Part shown: piece by piece, positions 33,432-45,465 of the stretch
How the letters are laid out: each line of letters starts with the position of its first letter
Position numbering within the stretch: the stretch's first letter is position 1
Origin: TPA_inf: Saccharomyces
Taxonomy: Eukaryota
Length of the DNA stretch: 64,000 nt
Reading direction: 5' to 3'
Assembly (NCBI GenBank): GCA_000146045.2
Contig: BK006942.2
Coordinates: forward strand, 320,001-384,000
Notes under the pieces: model-generated
Databases searched by the model: none
Told to the model about the DNA's origin: nothing
The model's input: only the letters and a program-made list of their open reading frames with translations
Made by a program: the position numbers and the translations under genes

Positions 33432-33939
33432 TGTAGTGAAATGTGCTTCGAATTCATACGATTAACACAACTTTATCAATATTTGCTGACTTAATCCTAG
33501 AATGAAATAGAAAGGCTATTTGATTTGTGTAGATATTTGTTCCAACTTTCCGGTTTACAAATGTTTAACAAAGGGATTCGTTTAGCAATTAGGCAATGCT
33601 AAACAAGAAGGAAAACAGGAAACCCTGAAGGAGATAAAACGACGTCAAGAATAGAAGATAAAAAAAAAGGGACATTAACAGGTTATATTGAAACTCAATT
33701 CCTGCCTAACCTTCTAAATTGAGAATTTAGAAACGGTATCGCTTATTCTGAATTCCTAAAACACCCATCCCTTTTAAGTAAAATAATAATACGTGGACTA
33801 CGTAGATGTGGACACTCAATTTACTTACTATTCTCTATGGTCATATTGACAATAAACAAAAATACAAGAAAAAAAAAACTACAGGAAAGATTTGTCATAA
33901 ATTGTACACTACCACTTGAAAACGACCTTTGGCATATTT

Positions 33940-35481
33940 ATGGCAGATAAATTAATGGACAAAAATTTTGAAGAACTGTGCTATTCATGCCGCACTGGTG
34001 ATATGGACAATGTTGATAGATTGATTTCCACGGGAGTAAATGTGAATAGTGTTGACAAGTTTGACAATTCGCCACTTTTTCTGGCTAGCCTTTGCGGGCA
34101 TGAAGCAGTCGTGAAACTTCTTCTACAGAGAGGAGCCGTCTGTGATAGAGACAGATATGAAGGAGCTCGATGTATTTATGGAGCATTGACCGATACTATC
34201 AGAGATACCCTTTTAAGTTATGATATATCCAAGGCTGTAGATGTCAAGCAACCCTTTGCTACTCATATCTCATCGATGTATAATGACGAAGGCTTCCTTA
34301 AAAGAGATATCACATTCAGAGTTTCGAATGGAAAACTGTTCACAGCGCATAAGTTCTTATTATGTGCAAGGAGCGAAATTCTAGCAGAAAAAATGGTGAA
34401 TGAGTGGGCAAAGCATGAAATTGTTTCTCTTGAAGTGCGCCCAGATATATTTGACATATTTTTGAAATTTCTTTACTTAATTCCGATCCTGCACCAAATT
34501 GAACCGGGACAATATGAAGAACTTATAGAGCTATCTAGTAAATTTGATATTGAGTTATTGCCCGAATTTTTAGACAAAGCAAGGCATACCGCCGATCCTA
34601 CGGAAAAGTCGAGGTTAATGTCAGATTACCAATATAAGTTTACCGAGGTTGCAAGAAGTCAACTTTTAATATTTGTGAACAATTGTATCTTTAGATCTAC
34701 TGTTGATCTTGCTAATAGTGAACGACGAGTTTTTTCCTTGATGAACTGTCCAGCTTATCCGGATGTTCAACTTATGGTAAAAAACCGAAATGGAGCCATT
34801 CGAATATACCCTTGTCACCTGGCTGTTTTGAGCCGCGCAGAATATTTCAAGGTGATGTTCACAAACAACTTCAAGGAGAAAGTTACATATATCAAAGCCA
34901 AGCACGTTACAGGAAAGTATAATAGTATCATTCCACAGCTGACATTACCCAATTGTGAGTTTGAGGTTGCCGAAATTATTCTCCGCTACTTATATGCAGA
35001 TAATACAGACATTCCTTGGATGTATGCCGTCGATGTTTTGTTACTTGCCGATATACTTTTAGAAGACCGCTTAAAAACTATCGCTTCTACAATTATAACA
35101 CAATCAAAAGAGTTTATTCAGCAATACAATGTTTTTGACGTACTCTATTTATCATGGGAAATAGGAGTGGAACGCTTAGAACAATTTGCAGCTAAATTTA
35201 TAGCTATACATTTGCAAGAGTTATATAAAGATCCAGAGATTAAAAGGGCAATTATGTTGAGTTCACAACGAATTTCTCTCCGCCAGGAAACTGATACTAT
35301 TGAACTAGTGGATGACATTAGGTACTATTTGCTCCGAAAATATTCTTTTGAACCGGATGATGTGGAGCTGTTCGAAAACCAAGACGATTTAGAATACCTA
35401 AAACAAGTAGGGTATTTGGAGTACAGAAAAGATATGGGTATGTTAGATAATATCCTAGCTGATCTGGAACTTGATGTATAA
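33940..35481 (+). CDS. YIL001W: YIL001W, ankyrin-repeat plus tandem BTB/POZ-domain protein of unknown function (513 aa)
   Basis: Track start 33916 is TTG. The ATG at 33940 gives 513 aa. An ankyrin repeat (NSPLFLASLCGHEAVVKLLLQRGA) is followed by BTB-like regions. Confidence 0.7.
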   Translation: MADKLMDKNFEELCYSCRTGDMDNVDRLISTGVNVNSVDKFDNSPLFLASLCGHEAVVKLLLQRGAVCDRDRYEGARCIYGALTDTIRDTLLSYDISKAVDVKQPFATHISSMYNDEGFLKRDITFRVSNGKLFTAHKFLLCARSEILAEKMVNEWAKHEIVSLEVRPDIFDIFLKFLYLIPILHQIEPGQYEELIELSSKFDIELLPEFLDKARHTADPTEKSRLMSDYQYKFTEVARSQLLIFVNNCIFRSTVDLANSERRVFSLMNCPAYPDVQLMVKNRNGAIRIYPCHLAVLSRAEYFKVMFTNNFKEKVTYIKAKHVTGKYNSIIPQLTLPNCEFEVAEIILRYLYADNTDIPWMYAVDVLLLADILLEDRLKTIASTIITQSKEFIQQYNVFDVLYLSWEIGVERLEQFAAKFIAIHLQELYKDPEIKRAIMLSSQRISLRQETDTIELVDDIRYYLLRKYSFEPDDVELFENQDDLEYLKQVGYLEYRKDMGMLDNILADLELDV

Positions 35482-35630
35482 TTCCGCATTCAATAACCTT
35501 ATGTATTTTTACGCGTCACTGCGAACGGATGAATATTGCCAATGACTGCTGCGCACTCTTAAAAAATATAATGACAATTATAATAAGAAGTATGATACTT
35601 TTTCTGTAAAAAATATATATACATATGATT

Positions 35631-35748
35631 CACGTGAAAATTTTTATATTTTTAATTAAATTTTTATAATATTATAAATTATTATAATATTGATATTTAA
35701 AATTAAAAACAAATTATTAATGGTTTTGTTTTCCGAAATGTTTTTTAT
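35631..35748. other. CEN9: Point centromere CEN9. CDEI is TCACGTG (35631..35637). CDEII (~35638..35721) is about 84 bp and >90% A+T. CDEIII (~35722..35748) is GGTTTTGTTTTCCGAAATGTTTTTTAT.
   Basis: The tripartite architecture is seen directly. CDEI is a Cbf1 site (RTCACRTG). CDEII is an AT-only spacer of canonical length. CDEIII contains the invariant CCGAA core in its consensus context TGTTTTG.TTTCCGAAA....AAAA. The flanking genes YIL001W and SGN1 are the arm-boundary genes. Confidence 0.9.
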
Positions 35749-36142
35749 AATTATTACTTCAGAATAGTTATTTTCACGAATACGAGATACAGGGTAATGA
35801 AAACAGGTGTTATCCAAAAAAAAAAATTGATATATTTTAGATACTTTACATACAGAGGCAAGCTTCAGCTGTAGCCAGGTACATAATATTCCCTATAAAG
35901 TGATCAATATTTTTTAACGAAAAATTAAAAAAAAAAATCCTTGAATAAAGGAATGAAAATATTGTAACAAGCGATGACATTTCTTTTTTTGATTGTAGTT
36001 GTGGCATTTTATATTTGCTTTTGCATTTACCCTATTCTTGAAGGTTTGGATAGACAAGCGAGATAACACCAGTTGTCCTTCAACTTATTCAAAGCAGCAG
36101 CTCACTTAATTATTATTAAGTATACACATGAAAGCCTTGTGT

Positions 36143-36895
36143 TTATTTCGAATCTTTTTCTTGGGTAGAACTTTTAACGTTGTCAGACGGCATGACAACA
36201 GGTTTTTGGGAAGTAGATCTAATATTTTTTGTAGAGTCTTTGGCACTGTTGAAGTGTTTTTTTTGGAAGGTTCTATTCTTGTTATTGTAAGGACTCCTAT
36301 AATAATTGTTCTTATTATATCCGAAATTTTGATTTGGAGACTGATTTGGAGGGTACGGTGGGTAATAAGGGAAGGTATCGGGATTGGGGTAGGCCATTAA
36401 GGGATAATTCCATTGCCATTGTTGGAAATACTGGTTTTGCGAGTTGTAATGCCTATTAAATCCTGGAATGTTAGTTCTTTTTCTGGAGACAGCAATTTTT
36501 TTGCCTTTAAGTTCTCCTCCATTTAATTGCAGGGCTTTTTCTCTGTATGCCGGACTTTCAAATTCAATATAGCCGTAGCCTTTTGGTGTTCCCGTATTCC
36601 TATCATAAAGAAGTGTTATTCTTTTTATCTGGCCACAGTCTTTGAAATGATCTTCTATTTGCTCTGGGGTGACATCCGGAGTGATGTTACCGACAAAGAT
36701 AGAACGCGAGTCAGCTTCAAGTTGATGAGCGTGTTTTTCCTCCTTGCTTAGCTTTTGCGACACCTGTGGAGTGCCCTCGATAGATAGTTTACCCACAAGT
36801 TCATCCAGCTCGAGCTCTTGCTTGTCGTTCTTTTTATTGTTCGAAATTTCAGTCTTTAAGGTTGCCTTAGCATCCACTTTCTCTTCCTGGGACAT
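36143..36895 (-). CDS. SGN1: SGN1, cytoplasmic RRM-containing poly(A)+ RNA-binding protein (250 aa)
   Basis: The ATG at the complement of 36893..36895 gives 250 aa ([10 protein letters not shown]...). The RRM has RNP motifs (IFVGNI..., KGYGYIEF). The tail is Tyr/Asn/Pro-rich. Confidence 0.8.
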
Positions 36896-37414
36896 AACAG
36901 CAATTGCAAATGATGACACTATGTGACAGCAGATATATGTTTATGTTAATAGGCCTGGTTGGAGAGCGAAAGTTGAGATTACTTACTTAATCAAAATTAA
37001 ATTTGAAATTTGCTGCATTTTAAGGTTACTTTTCGGAGTGTAGGAAATTGTTGCGGTTTTTTTTCACCTAACGAATGATTGATAATCTTTTTCATATCCT
37101 CCAAGAAACAAGCTGTTTATTATGGTGATTGCCACAAATTGAAGCGCTATGCTTAGTGCTTCATGACAGAAAGGTTTTGCATTGGTAGGCGTGGAAGATT
37201 ACAGATTGTACTCGTCGTTGGCTCAATTTTTATATTTTGTTGCTTCAAAAACAGTGCCGTATCCTTAATGAATGAAAAATTCTAAAGAAAATAAGTTGAT
37301 ACTAAAAATATAATGTCCTTGAAGTATTTATGCGATATATAGAAAAATCTATAAATACTTAAATATTACAGCAGCGTTATTTTTGTATAGACGCCGACGT
37401 ATAAGAGTCTCCTA

Positions 37415-40396
37415 TCAAAAATCAGAATCTGAGCCCAGTATGTCATCTAATTCTGCGTTCGATAAGGTAAAAGATTGGGATGAATCATGGTTGACACTGT
37501 TGTTATCGACTTGACTTTTATCGTTAACTTTTACAAATTTTTTTTCGTCTCGTAACATGCCTCTCGCCAAACATTTAGTATAGTTCATATCAATTGTCCT
37601 CTTCTTATTATCATTACTCTCGTCGTTAAATAACGTAATGATTTTTGAAACTTTGTGACAATGCGGAACTTTTACCCCTTTGGTGTATTGTACAAAATTG
37701 GGCTCCACATCGAAGGAAACACCTTCTGGGATATAGCGGTTTCTGAAAAAATTCCAATCGTCCAAACTCAATACCATGTTATTCTTGTCAACAGTACAGC
37801 TCTTTTCTTTTTCAAGGTTGTGTTGATTTCCTCGGATGTCTTTCACATTTTTCTCGATTTTAGTTGGAAGACCACAATCATTCACAAATAAAGCCATATT
37901 AGGGCGTTCAAAATTATGAAGTGGCTTGAGTGTGGTAAGACTTTCGCCAGTGCGAATAATGGCAGTTTCCAAATCTTTTTGGCATCCATTCTGCCCTTCC
38001 GCAATGAAAACATTATTATCATCACTGACTTCTTCATCTTCAGTTTCTAATGAGGAGGAAGCTTCCTCGGTTGAATCATTCTCCAGATTATCCAAAGCTT
38101 TAAAAATCTTCCGCTTCTTACTTGGGTTTTCATTACTCGTTACTAGTTGTTTCCCGCCACTTTCATTCACCAAGAACTTATTAATTAAAGTGCTTGCACT
38201 AACAATACTGGTCTCAACATTATCAGGCATAAAGAACTTCTTCGGTTTTTTATTTTCCTGAACTCTCTTCTTCTTTGTTATGGCTTTTTTTGGCTTCACC
38301 TTTTTGCCCATCATACACTGAGTCGCATAACGAATAACTTCGTCAACATCTTCCATTTCATTAATTATTTCGTTTTCATCATTAATCGTGATCAATGTCT
38401 CGTGACATTCCGGAATAATGTCTTCAGGGATTATCCGATCTGATTTTTTATAGTCAATGCATTGCTTGGATATAAGCGCTTGCAGGGTTGAATAGTCTTC
38501 CATAGCACGCTCGAATTTGTATGATTCATTACTGCTAAACAGTAGTACTATCTTACCATCTCGTTTTCTGCCTGTTCTACCCATACGCTGAATATTTTTG
38601 ATTGGACTACTTGTAGTATCATAACAGATTATTAAATCAACTTCTCCGATATCCAAACCTTCTTCTCCAATTGATGTACAAACGAGAACATTATATTCAC
38701 CCTTTTTGAAATTATGGATAACCTCTTTTTGCATTTTTTGGTTCATTCCGCTAATCTGAGCCTCTTCAGAGCTCCCCGTTCGTCTGGCACTTCTTTCAAG
38801 TTTATCATTCGCCGCTCTCTTAGTTCGTTCAGCTTCCAAAAATTTCTCTTGCTCTTGCCTATGCAATCTCTCTACCTTCTTCCTTCCCTTTGGCGCATGT
38901 TTTCTTGTGTATTTGACCTCATCAAAACCTTCTTTTGCACGAGCTTGTCCAATAAAAATATGAGGCCTGATTTGATCGTCAGCTACCGAGTCTATGAACT
39001 TCACAATTTCAAGTGCGCTTTCTCTTAATTCTGTAAAAATAATAACCCTCGAGTCGGAACCCCTTTTCTGAAAAAAGTCCATTAGTTCATCTCTAACACA
39101 TTGTAACTTCCCATGACCGACAAACTTTGGATCACTTAAATAATTTTCGCATTGATTTTTGATGTTTTTCAAAATCGGATGGTAATAAAACTCAGCTGCA
39201 ATTTTATTAGTAGATTTTTTAAGATTATATTTCGTAGTGAATTCTGTACATTTATTCTGGAAGTAATTGAAAAATGTCCTTATTCCATAAATTTTTAATC
39301 TCTTTAGCATTTGACCCACATTGTTCAATAACTGTAAAATAAAGAAGTTCCTCCACTTAATTCCTTCAGGTATAGTAGGGTTAGCAATAATTTTTTGGCT
39401 TTGTTGCATGGCTTTGAAGGCGTTTATTTGTGAAGGGTCACATTCCTCATATATACCGAGTTCAATTGCCTGTTGAAGCACTGGTTTGACGGCCATACCT
39501 AATTGTTCGATTATGTCTTCAATTTCCAACAAAAGGGGCACTTCAATTTTTTCCTTTTTTCTTTTCTTCATATATTTCACGATATCCATGCTTTCTTCAG
39601 TCCTAATTTCAATCTTGGAAATATCTAAGTTATTAACCACTTCTTGGACACCTTCCAGGTCAGAGGCTGGTGTAGCGGTCAATGCTAATAATCTGTATGA
39701 TGAATTGAACCTATCTATGAATTTTACCACATTTGTATACGCAGAGGAGCCAGTAGCTCTGTGAGCTTCATCGATGACAAGACATACAATATCCTTAGGA
39801 TCCAATACACCCCTCTTCAAGTCATTCTCCACTACTTGCGGTGTGGCAAAGAAAACTCTCTTATTGGCCCAAATTTCTTCTCTATTTTTCCTGCTTTTAT
39901 CGAGTAATATAGCAGTTTGATCCGAAGGTATTCCTGTTATACCTAAGCATGCCTTAATTTGCTGGGCTACCAAAGGTCTTGTTGGAGCAGTAAAGATTAT
40001 TTTGGCTTTTTTGGTCCAACGAAAATAATTTAACATTACTGTACTGGCAATGAACGTTTTACCCATACCCGTTGGGATGGCGCATAACGTATTTTGAAAC
40101 AGTGATTTGTGAACAATTGTATACTGATAATCCCTTACCTCGTAATTTGTAGGGTACACGTAGAACGACAAAGCATCGTAATCAAGCTCATGATGAGTGG
40201 GTCCAAAACTGACATCTCTTTGAATTTCTTCGTACACAGTTTTCTGCCCAGGTAAAACGTTATCATGAAGGTCTTTTTGAACTGGTACAGCACGTCTCGT
40301 TATAGTTTCCTTCACAGATTTATTGATAGCCTTTTCATACAGTTTATCCAGCTCGTCATCTTCGAAATCACTAAAGTAATCATCTGCACTAGCCAT
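37415..40396 (-). CDS. MPH1: MPH1, FANCM-family 3'-5' DNA helicase (DEAH box, superfamily 2) (993 aa)
   Basis: 993-aa ORF with helicase motifs I (PTGMGKT), II (DEAH) and VI (QRMGRTGR). Confidence 0.9.
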   Translation of the reverse strand: MASADDYFSDFEDDELDKLYEKAINKSVKETITRRAVPVQKDLHDNVLPGQKTVYEEIQRDVSFGPTHHELDYDALSFYVYPTNYEVRDYQYTIVHKSLFQNTLCAIPTGMGKTFIASTVMLNYFRWTKKAKIIFTAPTRPLVAQQIKACLGITGIPSDQTAILLDKSRKNREEIWANKRVFFATPQVVENDLKRGVLDPKDIVCLVIDEAHRATGSSAYTNVVKFIDRFNSSYRLLALTATPASDLEGVQEVVNNLDISKIEIRTEESMDIVKYMKKRKKEKIEVPLLLEIEDIIEQLGMAVKPVLQQAIELGIYEECDPSQINAFKAMQQSQKIIANPTIPEGIKWRNFFILQLLNNVGQMLKRLKIYGIRTFFNYFQNKCTEFTTKYNLKKSTNKIAAEFYYHPILKNIKNQCENYLSDPKFVGHGKLQCVRDELMDFFQKRGSDSRVIIFTELRESALEIVKFIDSVADDQIRPHIFIGQARAKEGFDEVKYTRKHAPKGRKKVERLHRQEQEKFLEAERTKRAANDKLERSARRTGSSEEAQISGMNQKMQKEVIHNFKKGEYNVLVCTSIGEEGLDIGEVDLIICYDTTSSPIKNIQRMGRTGRKRDGKIVLLFSSNESYKFERAMEDYSTLQALISKQCIDYKKSDRIIPEDIIPECHETLITINDENEIINEMEDVDEVIRYATQCMMGKKVKPKKAITKKKRVQENKKPKKFFMPDNVETSIVSASTLINKFLVNESGGKQLVTSNENPSKKRKIFKALDNLENDSTEEASSSLETEDEEVSDDNNVFIAEGQNGCQKDLETAIIRTGESLTTLKPLHNFERPNMALFVNDCGLPTKIEKNVKDIRGNQHNLEKEKSCTVDKNNMVLSLDDWNFFRNRYIPEGVSFDVEPNFVQYTKGVKVPHCHKVSKIITLFNDESNDNKKRTIDMNYTKCLARGMLRDEKKFVKVNDKSQVDNNSVNHDSSQSFTLSNAELDDILGSDSDF

Positions 40397-40884
40397 CAGA
40401 GAGAAAAAAGGACACTAAAATAAAACAGAACCGGAATGTGTTGAATAAAACTGAAGTGAGCTACTATATCTTGAATCACAATATCTTAGCTCCGTGATAG
40501 AGCATAGGGCACCTCTATTGATCTCTTCGTGATGCCCGGTTATATACACACGTAACCCCGTAAAAGCCGTTACCCGGTTTATGTCTTTCTGTGAGCACAG
40601 TAAGCTAGGAAGGTCGATGGAGAAGAAGACTCCTGTCTCATATGGAACAACCTTGCAAATTGAGTGCAATTATCCCCTTTGGAGTTTGAATTTTGTGTTA
40701 GTACATTCTCCTTTTTTAACTTGTCTTTTCTACCACATGCACAATGAAAGCAATCTTGTTTTACCAGGCGCGAAGCAAAAGAAAAGGAGAAATATTGAGT
40801 ATATTTTAATTTAAGCTTTCTGATTTAGAAAGTATCATGTTTTGTTGGTGATCTAACAGGAAATCTATTTTGACCGATTATACA

Positions 40885-42924
40885 ATGCCATCGGAAGTTA
40901 CGCCAAAAGTACCTGAGAGGCCCTCAAGGAGGAAGACATCTGAGCTGTTTCCGTTATCCGGCTCTGAATCAGGAGATATTAAAGCTAATAGCGAGCCACC
41001 AACACCAGCAGGAACGCCCAATGTACCAACACGTAGACCCATACTTAAAGCAAAGACGATGACTTCGTTTGAGAGTGGTATGGATCAAGAGAGTTTGCCC
41101 AAGGTACCATTGCAGAGGCCAGTTAGACGCTCCACTACTGAAGAACTAAATAATGTAATGAATAACACCAGTAAGGAGTTAGAGGAGATTGAAAGTTTGA
41201 TTTCAAAGCACAATATACACAATGTTTCCAGGAAAAAAAGTCCAACTTCTGTGGAAGAGGGAAAGGTGGCCGCCATTCATCAAAACGGGCAAAGAAGTGC
41301 ATCAGATAACAAAACTTCTACAAATCCCTCCCCACTCGAAAAAAATGAGCACGAGGGTGCTGAGGGCAATGAGTCTGCTATTTCACCTTCTAATTTAGTT
41401 AACAAGTCTAATAATGAAGTGACAGAGCATAGTGACTCCGAAGACCTTACTGAAAAGCAAAAGGTACATGCTGCCCTAGATAATGAGGCAGGGGATAGAA
41501 GCCATTTTGAAGAAAAGCTCATTCCTGGAGATATGAAAGTACAGGTAGATGTTAGTAAGGACGTAGAAGAAGGCAGCCTCAATGCTCTGCCTCCATCTGG
41601 AATCACAGAATCAGACGACAAAGCTGAAAAGTTCACTAAACATCCTGAATCTAGTTTAGAAGAGCTACAGAAGCATCAAGAACAACAGGAAGAAAAAATT
41701 TTCCAAAATCCAACCGATGAAGAAAGTACTACCTCTTTGAATGAGAAACAAGAAGGCAAGGACAACATGGAAGTGAATTCTCAGCCGCAAGGACCTTCTG
41801 ATACTGAAACAGTTATAGCAGCAACTAGCTCAAACGTTCCTTCACAAATTGCAAGTGAAGAGGAAAATGACGTTCCAGTGATTCCAAGGAGTAGGCCTAA
41901 GAAGGATTTTGAAGCACACGTACAAAAAGAGGAGTTGCCTAACACACAAGAGAAGCGAGTATCAGAAGAGTGTGATTCGACCCTAATTAGTACCGAAGAG
42001 GAAAGTAAAATCCCAAAAATTCCCTCTGAAAGACCAAAGAGACGTGCCCCACCTCCGGTTCCCAAAAAACCTTCTTCAAGAATTGCGGCCTTTCAAGAAA
42101 TGTTACAAAAACAACAGCAACAAGATCTGCATAATAATGGTAATTCTTCAGCTACTACCGCTTCAGCAGATATTGCTAAAAAACACACAGATTCTTCTAT
42201 TACTAGCGATACCACGAAGGCAGATTTTACGAGCAAATTGAATGGACTGTTTGCGCTACCTGGTATGGTGAACCCTGGACAGCTTCCACCTTCCTTGGAG
42301 AAGAAGTTGTCCTCCCCGGATACTGAATCTAAGCTAGGACCCCAGGACCAATCACAGGCAAAAACGGGACCTCTGGGCGGAACTAGAAGAGGTAGAGGAC
42401 CTCGTGGGCGTAAATTACCTTCTAAAGTAGCTAGCGTAGAGAAGATTGAAGAAGATGACAACACTAATAAAATAGAAATATTTAACAATTGGAATGTTTC
42501 CTCTTCCTTCTCTAAGGAAAAAGTCTTAATAGATACTACTCCTGGTGAGCAAGCAGAAAGGGCCTTGGATGAAAAGTCAAAGAGCATTCCCGAGGAACAA
42601 CGAGAACAATCTCCAAATAAGATGGAGGCTGCTCTTTGTCCTTTTGAGCTGGACGAAAAGGAAAAGTTACCTGCTAATGCTGAGTCGGATCCTCTTTCTC
42701 AGTTGCCACAGACGAACGCCGTAGGTAATAGAAAAGCCATAAGTGAGGAATCTCTGTCCCCATCGGAGGCCATCGCCAACAGAGATCAAAACGATACGAC
42801 AGAAATACAGGAACAGCAGATGGAGGACCAAATGGAGGTTGATATGGAAAGAGAACTCTCAGGTGGCTACGAAGACGTTGATTCTGCCTTACATTCAGAA
42901 GAAGCGTCTTTTCACTCCCTTTAG
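40885..42924 (+). CDS. AIM21: AIM21, low-complexity acidic/Ser/Pro-rich actin-patch-associated protein (679 aa)
   Basis: Track start 40870 is TTG. The ATG at 40885 gives 679 aa (MPSEVTPKVPERPSRRK...). The protein is disordered throughout and has polyproline stretches (RRAPPPVPKKP). Confidence 0.75.
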   Translation: MPSEVTPKVPERPSRRKTSELFPLSGSESGDIKANSEPPTPAGTPNVPTRRPILKAKTMTSFESGMDQESLPKVPLQRPVRRSTTEELNNVMNNTSKELEEIESLISKHNIHNVSRKKSPTSVEEGKVAAIHQNGQRSASDNKTSTNPSPLEKNEHEGAEGNESAISPSNLVNKSNNEVTEHSDSEDLTEKQKVHAALDNEAGDRSHFEEKLIPGDMKVQVDVSKDVEEGSLNALPPSGITESDDKAEKFTKHPESSLEELQKHQEQQEEKIFQNPTDEESTTSLNEKQEGKDNMEVNSQPQGPSDTETVIAATSSNVPSQIASEEENDVPVIPRSRPKKDFEAHVQKEELPNTQEKRVSEECDSTLISTEEESKIPKIPSERPKRRAPPPVPKKPSSRIAAFQEMLQKQQQQDLHNNGNSSATTASADIAKKHTDSSITSDTTKADFTSKLNGLFALPGMVNPGQLPPSLEKKLSSPDTESKLGPQDQSQAKTGPLGGTRRGRGPRGRKLPSKVASVEKIEEDDNTNKIEIFNNWNVSSSFSKEKVLIDTTPGEQAERALDEKSKSIPEEQREQSPNKMEAALCPFELDEKEKLPANAESDPLSQLPQTNAVGNRKAISEESLSPSEAIANRDQNDTTEIQEQQMEDQMEVDMERELSGGYEDVDSALHSEEASFHSL

Positions 42925-43220
42925 AATCTTATAAATAATATGTATGAATAAACTCTATAGTATGTATCAAGAGAGAAATATGTGAATGACGAGCAAACTA
43001 GAGGTGTTATTAATAATAATGGCATAAAAACTAGATTTTATTCTATATATATATATATATATTTCTTCGACTTTTTTTTTTTTTACCCGCACACCCTGAA
43101 TTTTGTGCTATTTTGAAGCAGAGCGTACTGAACAAATTGGCAGATTTACAAGAGGAATAACAGAGTTATGCTAAATCATTAAGTGTTTCTTGCGGCCAGA
43201 AGGGGCATTATACAAAAGAT

Positions 43221-44519
43221 ATGGTTGTTGATACTGAGTATTACGATTTGTTAGGTGTGTCTACCACTGCATCTTCCATTGAAATAAAAAAGGCCTATAG
43301 AAAGAAATCTATTCAAGAGCATCCTGATAAGAATCCCAATGACCCCACGGCTACCGAAAGGTTTCAAGCAATATCCGAAGCTTATCAAGTTTTAGGTGAC
43401 GATGATCTTCGCGCAAAGTATGATAAGTATGGAAGAAAAGAAGCTATTCCTCAGGGCGGCTTTGAAGATGCAGCTGAACAGTTCTCTGTCATCTTTGGTG
43501 GAGATGCGTTTGCCTCATATATTGGCGAACTGATGCTATTAAAGAACCTACAGAAAACTGAGGAGCTAAATGCTGAAGACGAAGCTGAAAAGGAGAAGGA
43601 GAATGTGGAAACAATGGAAGAATCACCTGCAGACGGTAAGACGAATGGCACCACTAACGCTGTTGATGCAGCATTGGGCAATACTAACGAAAAAGATGAC
43701 AAAAATAAGGCGAGGACAACTTCTGGTAATTTAACTGTACACGATGGAAACAAGAAAAATGAGCAGGTAGGAGCAGAAGCTAAGAAGAAGAAGACAAAAT
43801 TAGAGCAGTTTGAGGAAGAACAAGAGGTAGAAAAGCAAAAAAGAGTAGACCAATTAAGCAAAACATTGATTGAAAGATTATCGATATTAACAGAAAGTGT
43901 CTATGATGATGCATGTAAAGATTCCTTTAAAAAAAAGTTCGAAGAGGAAGCCAATCTTTTAAAGATGGAATCATTTGGTCTGGACATATTACACACAATA
44001 GGCGACGTTTACTACGAAAAAGCTGAAATTTTTCTTGCATCCCAGAACCTGTTCGGAATGGGTGGTATATTTCATTCTATGAAGGCTAAAGGGGGAGTAT
44101 TTATGGATACACTAAGAACTGTTTCGGCAGCCATAGACGCTCAGAATACTATGAAGGAGCTTGAAAAAATGAAAGAAGCTAGCACGAATAATGAGCCTTT
44201 GTTTGACAAAGACGGAAATGAGCAAATTAAGCCAACCACTGAGGAACTGGCGCAGCAAGAGCAGCTATTGATGGGCAAAGTATTGTCGGCTGCTTGGCAT
44301 GGTTCTAAATATGAAATAACATCCACTTTACGTGGCGTTTGTAAAAAAGTACTAGAAGATGACTCGGTAAGTAAGAAAACGCTTATCAGAAGAGCTGAAG
44401 CAATGAAACTATTGGGTGAAGTCTTTAAGAAAACTTTCAGAACCAAAGTCGAACAAGAAGAGGCACAGATCTTTGAAGAACTTGTAGCAGAAGCTACAAA
44501 AAAGAAGAGACATACATGA
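43221..44519 (+). CDS. DJP1: DJP1, cytosolic J-domain (Hsp40) protein involved in peroxisomal/mitochondrial protein import (432 aa)
   Basis: N-terminal J domain with HPD motif (YYDLLGV...EHPDKNP) and an exact 432-aa length. Confidence 0.9.
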   Translation: MVVDTEYYDLLGVSTTASSIEIKKAYRKKSIQEHPDKNPNDPTATERFQAISEAYQVLGDDDLRAKYDKYGRKEAIPQGGFEDAAEQFSVIFGGDAFASYIGELMLLKNLQKTEELNAEDEAEKEKENVETMEESPADGKTNGTTNAVDAALGNTNEKDDKNKARTTSGNLTVHDGNKKNEQVGAEAKKKKTKLEQFEEEQEVEKQKRVDQLSKTLIERLSILTESVYDDACKDSFKKKFEEEANLLKMESFGLDILHTIGDVYYEKAEIFLASQNLFGMGGIFHSMKAKGGVFMDTLRTVSAAIDAQNTMKELEKMKEASTNNEPLFDKDGNEQIKPTTEELAQQEQLLMGKVLSAAWHGSKYEITSTLRGVCKKVLEDDSVSKKTLIRRAEAMKLLGEVFKKTFRTKVEQEEAQIFEELVAEATKKKRHT

Positions 44520-44888
44520 AGTTAGCAATCATCTCTTGTATATTAAAAATTCAAAAATTCACTTTTTTTTATTATCTGTATTCAATATAATATAATGTAT
44601 ATAAGATCACACTAATACTGATAATTCTATTCTTGAAAGAAAGACAATAGAACAATAAAGAAGTGATTGAACTCAGTGACAATGATAATTTATGTGATAA
44701 GGAAGTGGTTATGGCTGGAGAATTATGCCACACTTAAATGATAAGCTCTTTTACCTTTCTGGGTTTAGGAATTTTTTGAGATTAATACAGATAAAAAAAA
44801 ATAGGCCGAACATTAATTACTCATACAACTCAAAAAGTGCAGCGTGCAATTCTAGATCAAGAACATAGATAATATAAACAAAATAACA

Positions 44889-45335
44889 ATGAACAAAATT
44901 CAGCAAATCAACGATAAAGAACTACAAAGTGGAATTCTTAGCCCGCATCAATCATGGCATAATGAATATAAGGATAATGCTTATATATATATCGGAAATC
45001 TCAACCGAGAATTAACAGAAGGTGACATATTGACAGTCTTTTCTGAATATGGAGTCCCTGTAGATGTAATTCTTAGCAGGGATGAAAACACAGGAGAATC
45101 GCAAGGTTTTGCATATTTGAAATATGAGGATCAACGGTCAACGATTCTAGCAGTCGATAATTTAAATGGATTTAAAATTGGCGGTAGAGCCCTCAAAATT
45201 GATCATACTTTTTATAGGCCAAAAAGGAGTTTACAAAAATACTATGAAGCTGTAAAGGAAGAATTGGATCGAGATATAGTTTCGAAGAACAATGCTGAGA
45301 AACTCATTTTGGCTAAAAAGGACCAACCAAATTAA
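44889..45335 (+). CDS. IST3: IST3 (SNU17), RRM protein of the U2 snRNP / RES complex (148 aa)
   Basis: 148-aa ORF with an RRM (YIYIGNLNRELTEGDILTVFSEYG..., GFAYLKYED). Confidence 0.85.
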   Translation: MNKIQQINDKELQSGILSPHQSWHNEYKDNAYIYIGNLNRELTEGDILTVFSEYGVPVDVILSRDENTGESQGFAYLKYEDQRSTILAVDNLNGFKIGGRALKIDHTFYRPKRSLQKYYEAVKEELDRDIVSKNNAEKLILAKKDQPN

Positions 45336-45465
45336 ATAATTTTTTCTTTCATCGCATATCTTATATTCATATAGCCTAGAAAAAAATAATCAATATCATA
45401 TTTGTAATTCTACATCCTTTCAGAAATTAGTATACATACGTATCTATAGAAAGCAAATTAAATCT

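Noticed and set aside
36128-36926. Plus-strand ORFs 36128..36400, 36527..36751 and 36744..36926 overlapping SGN1
   Set aside because: They are antisense to the RRM protein SGN1 and their translations are low complexity.
40415-40814. Small ORFs between MPH1 and AIM21 (40415..40669 minus, 40581..40814 plus)
   Set aside because: They lie in the divergent promoter region, they overlap each other, and they have no features.
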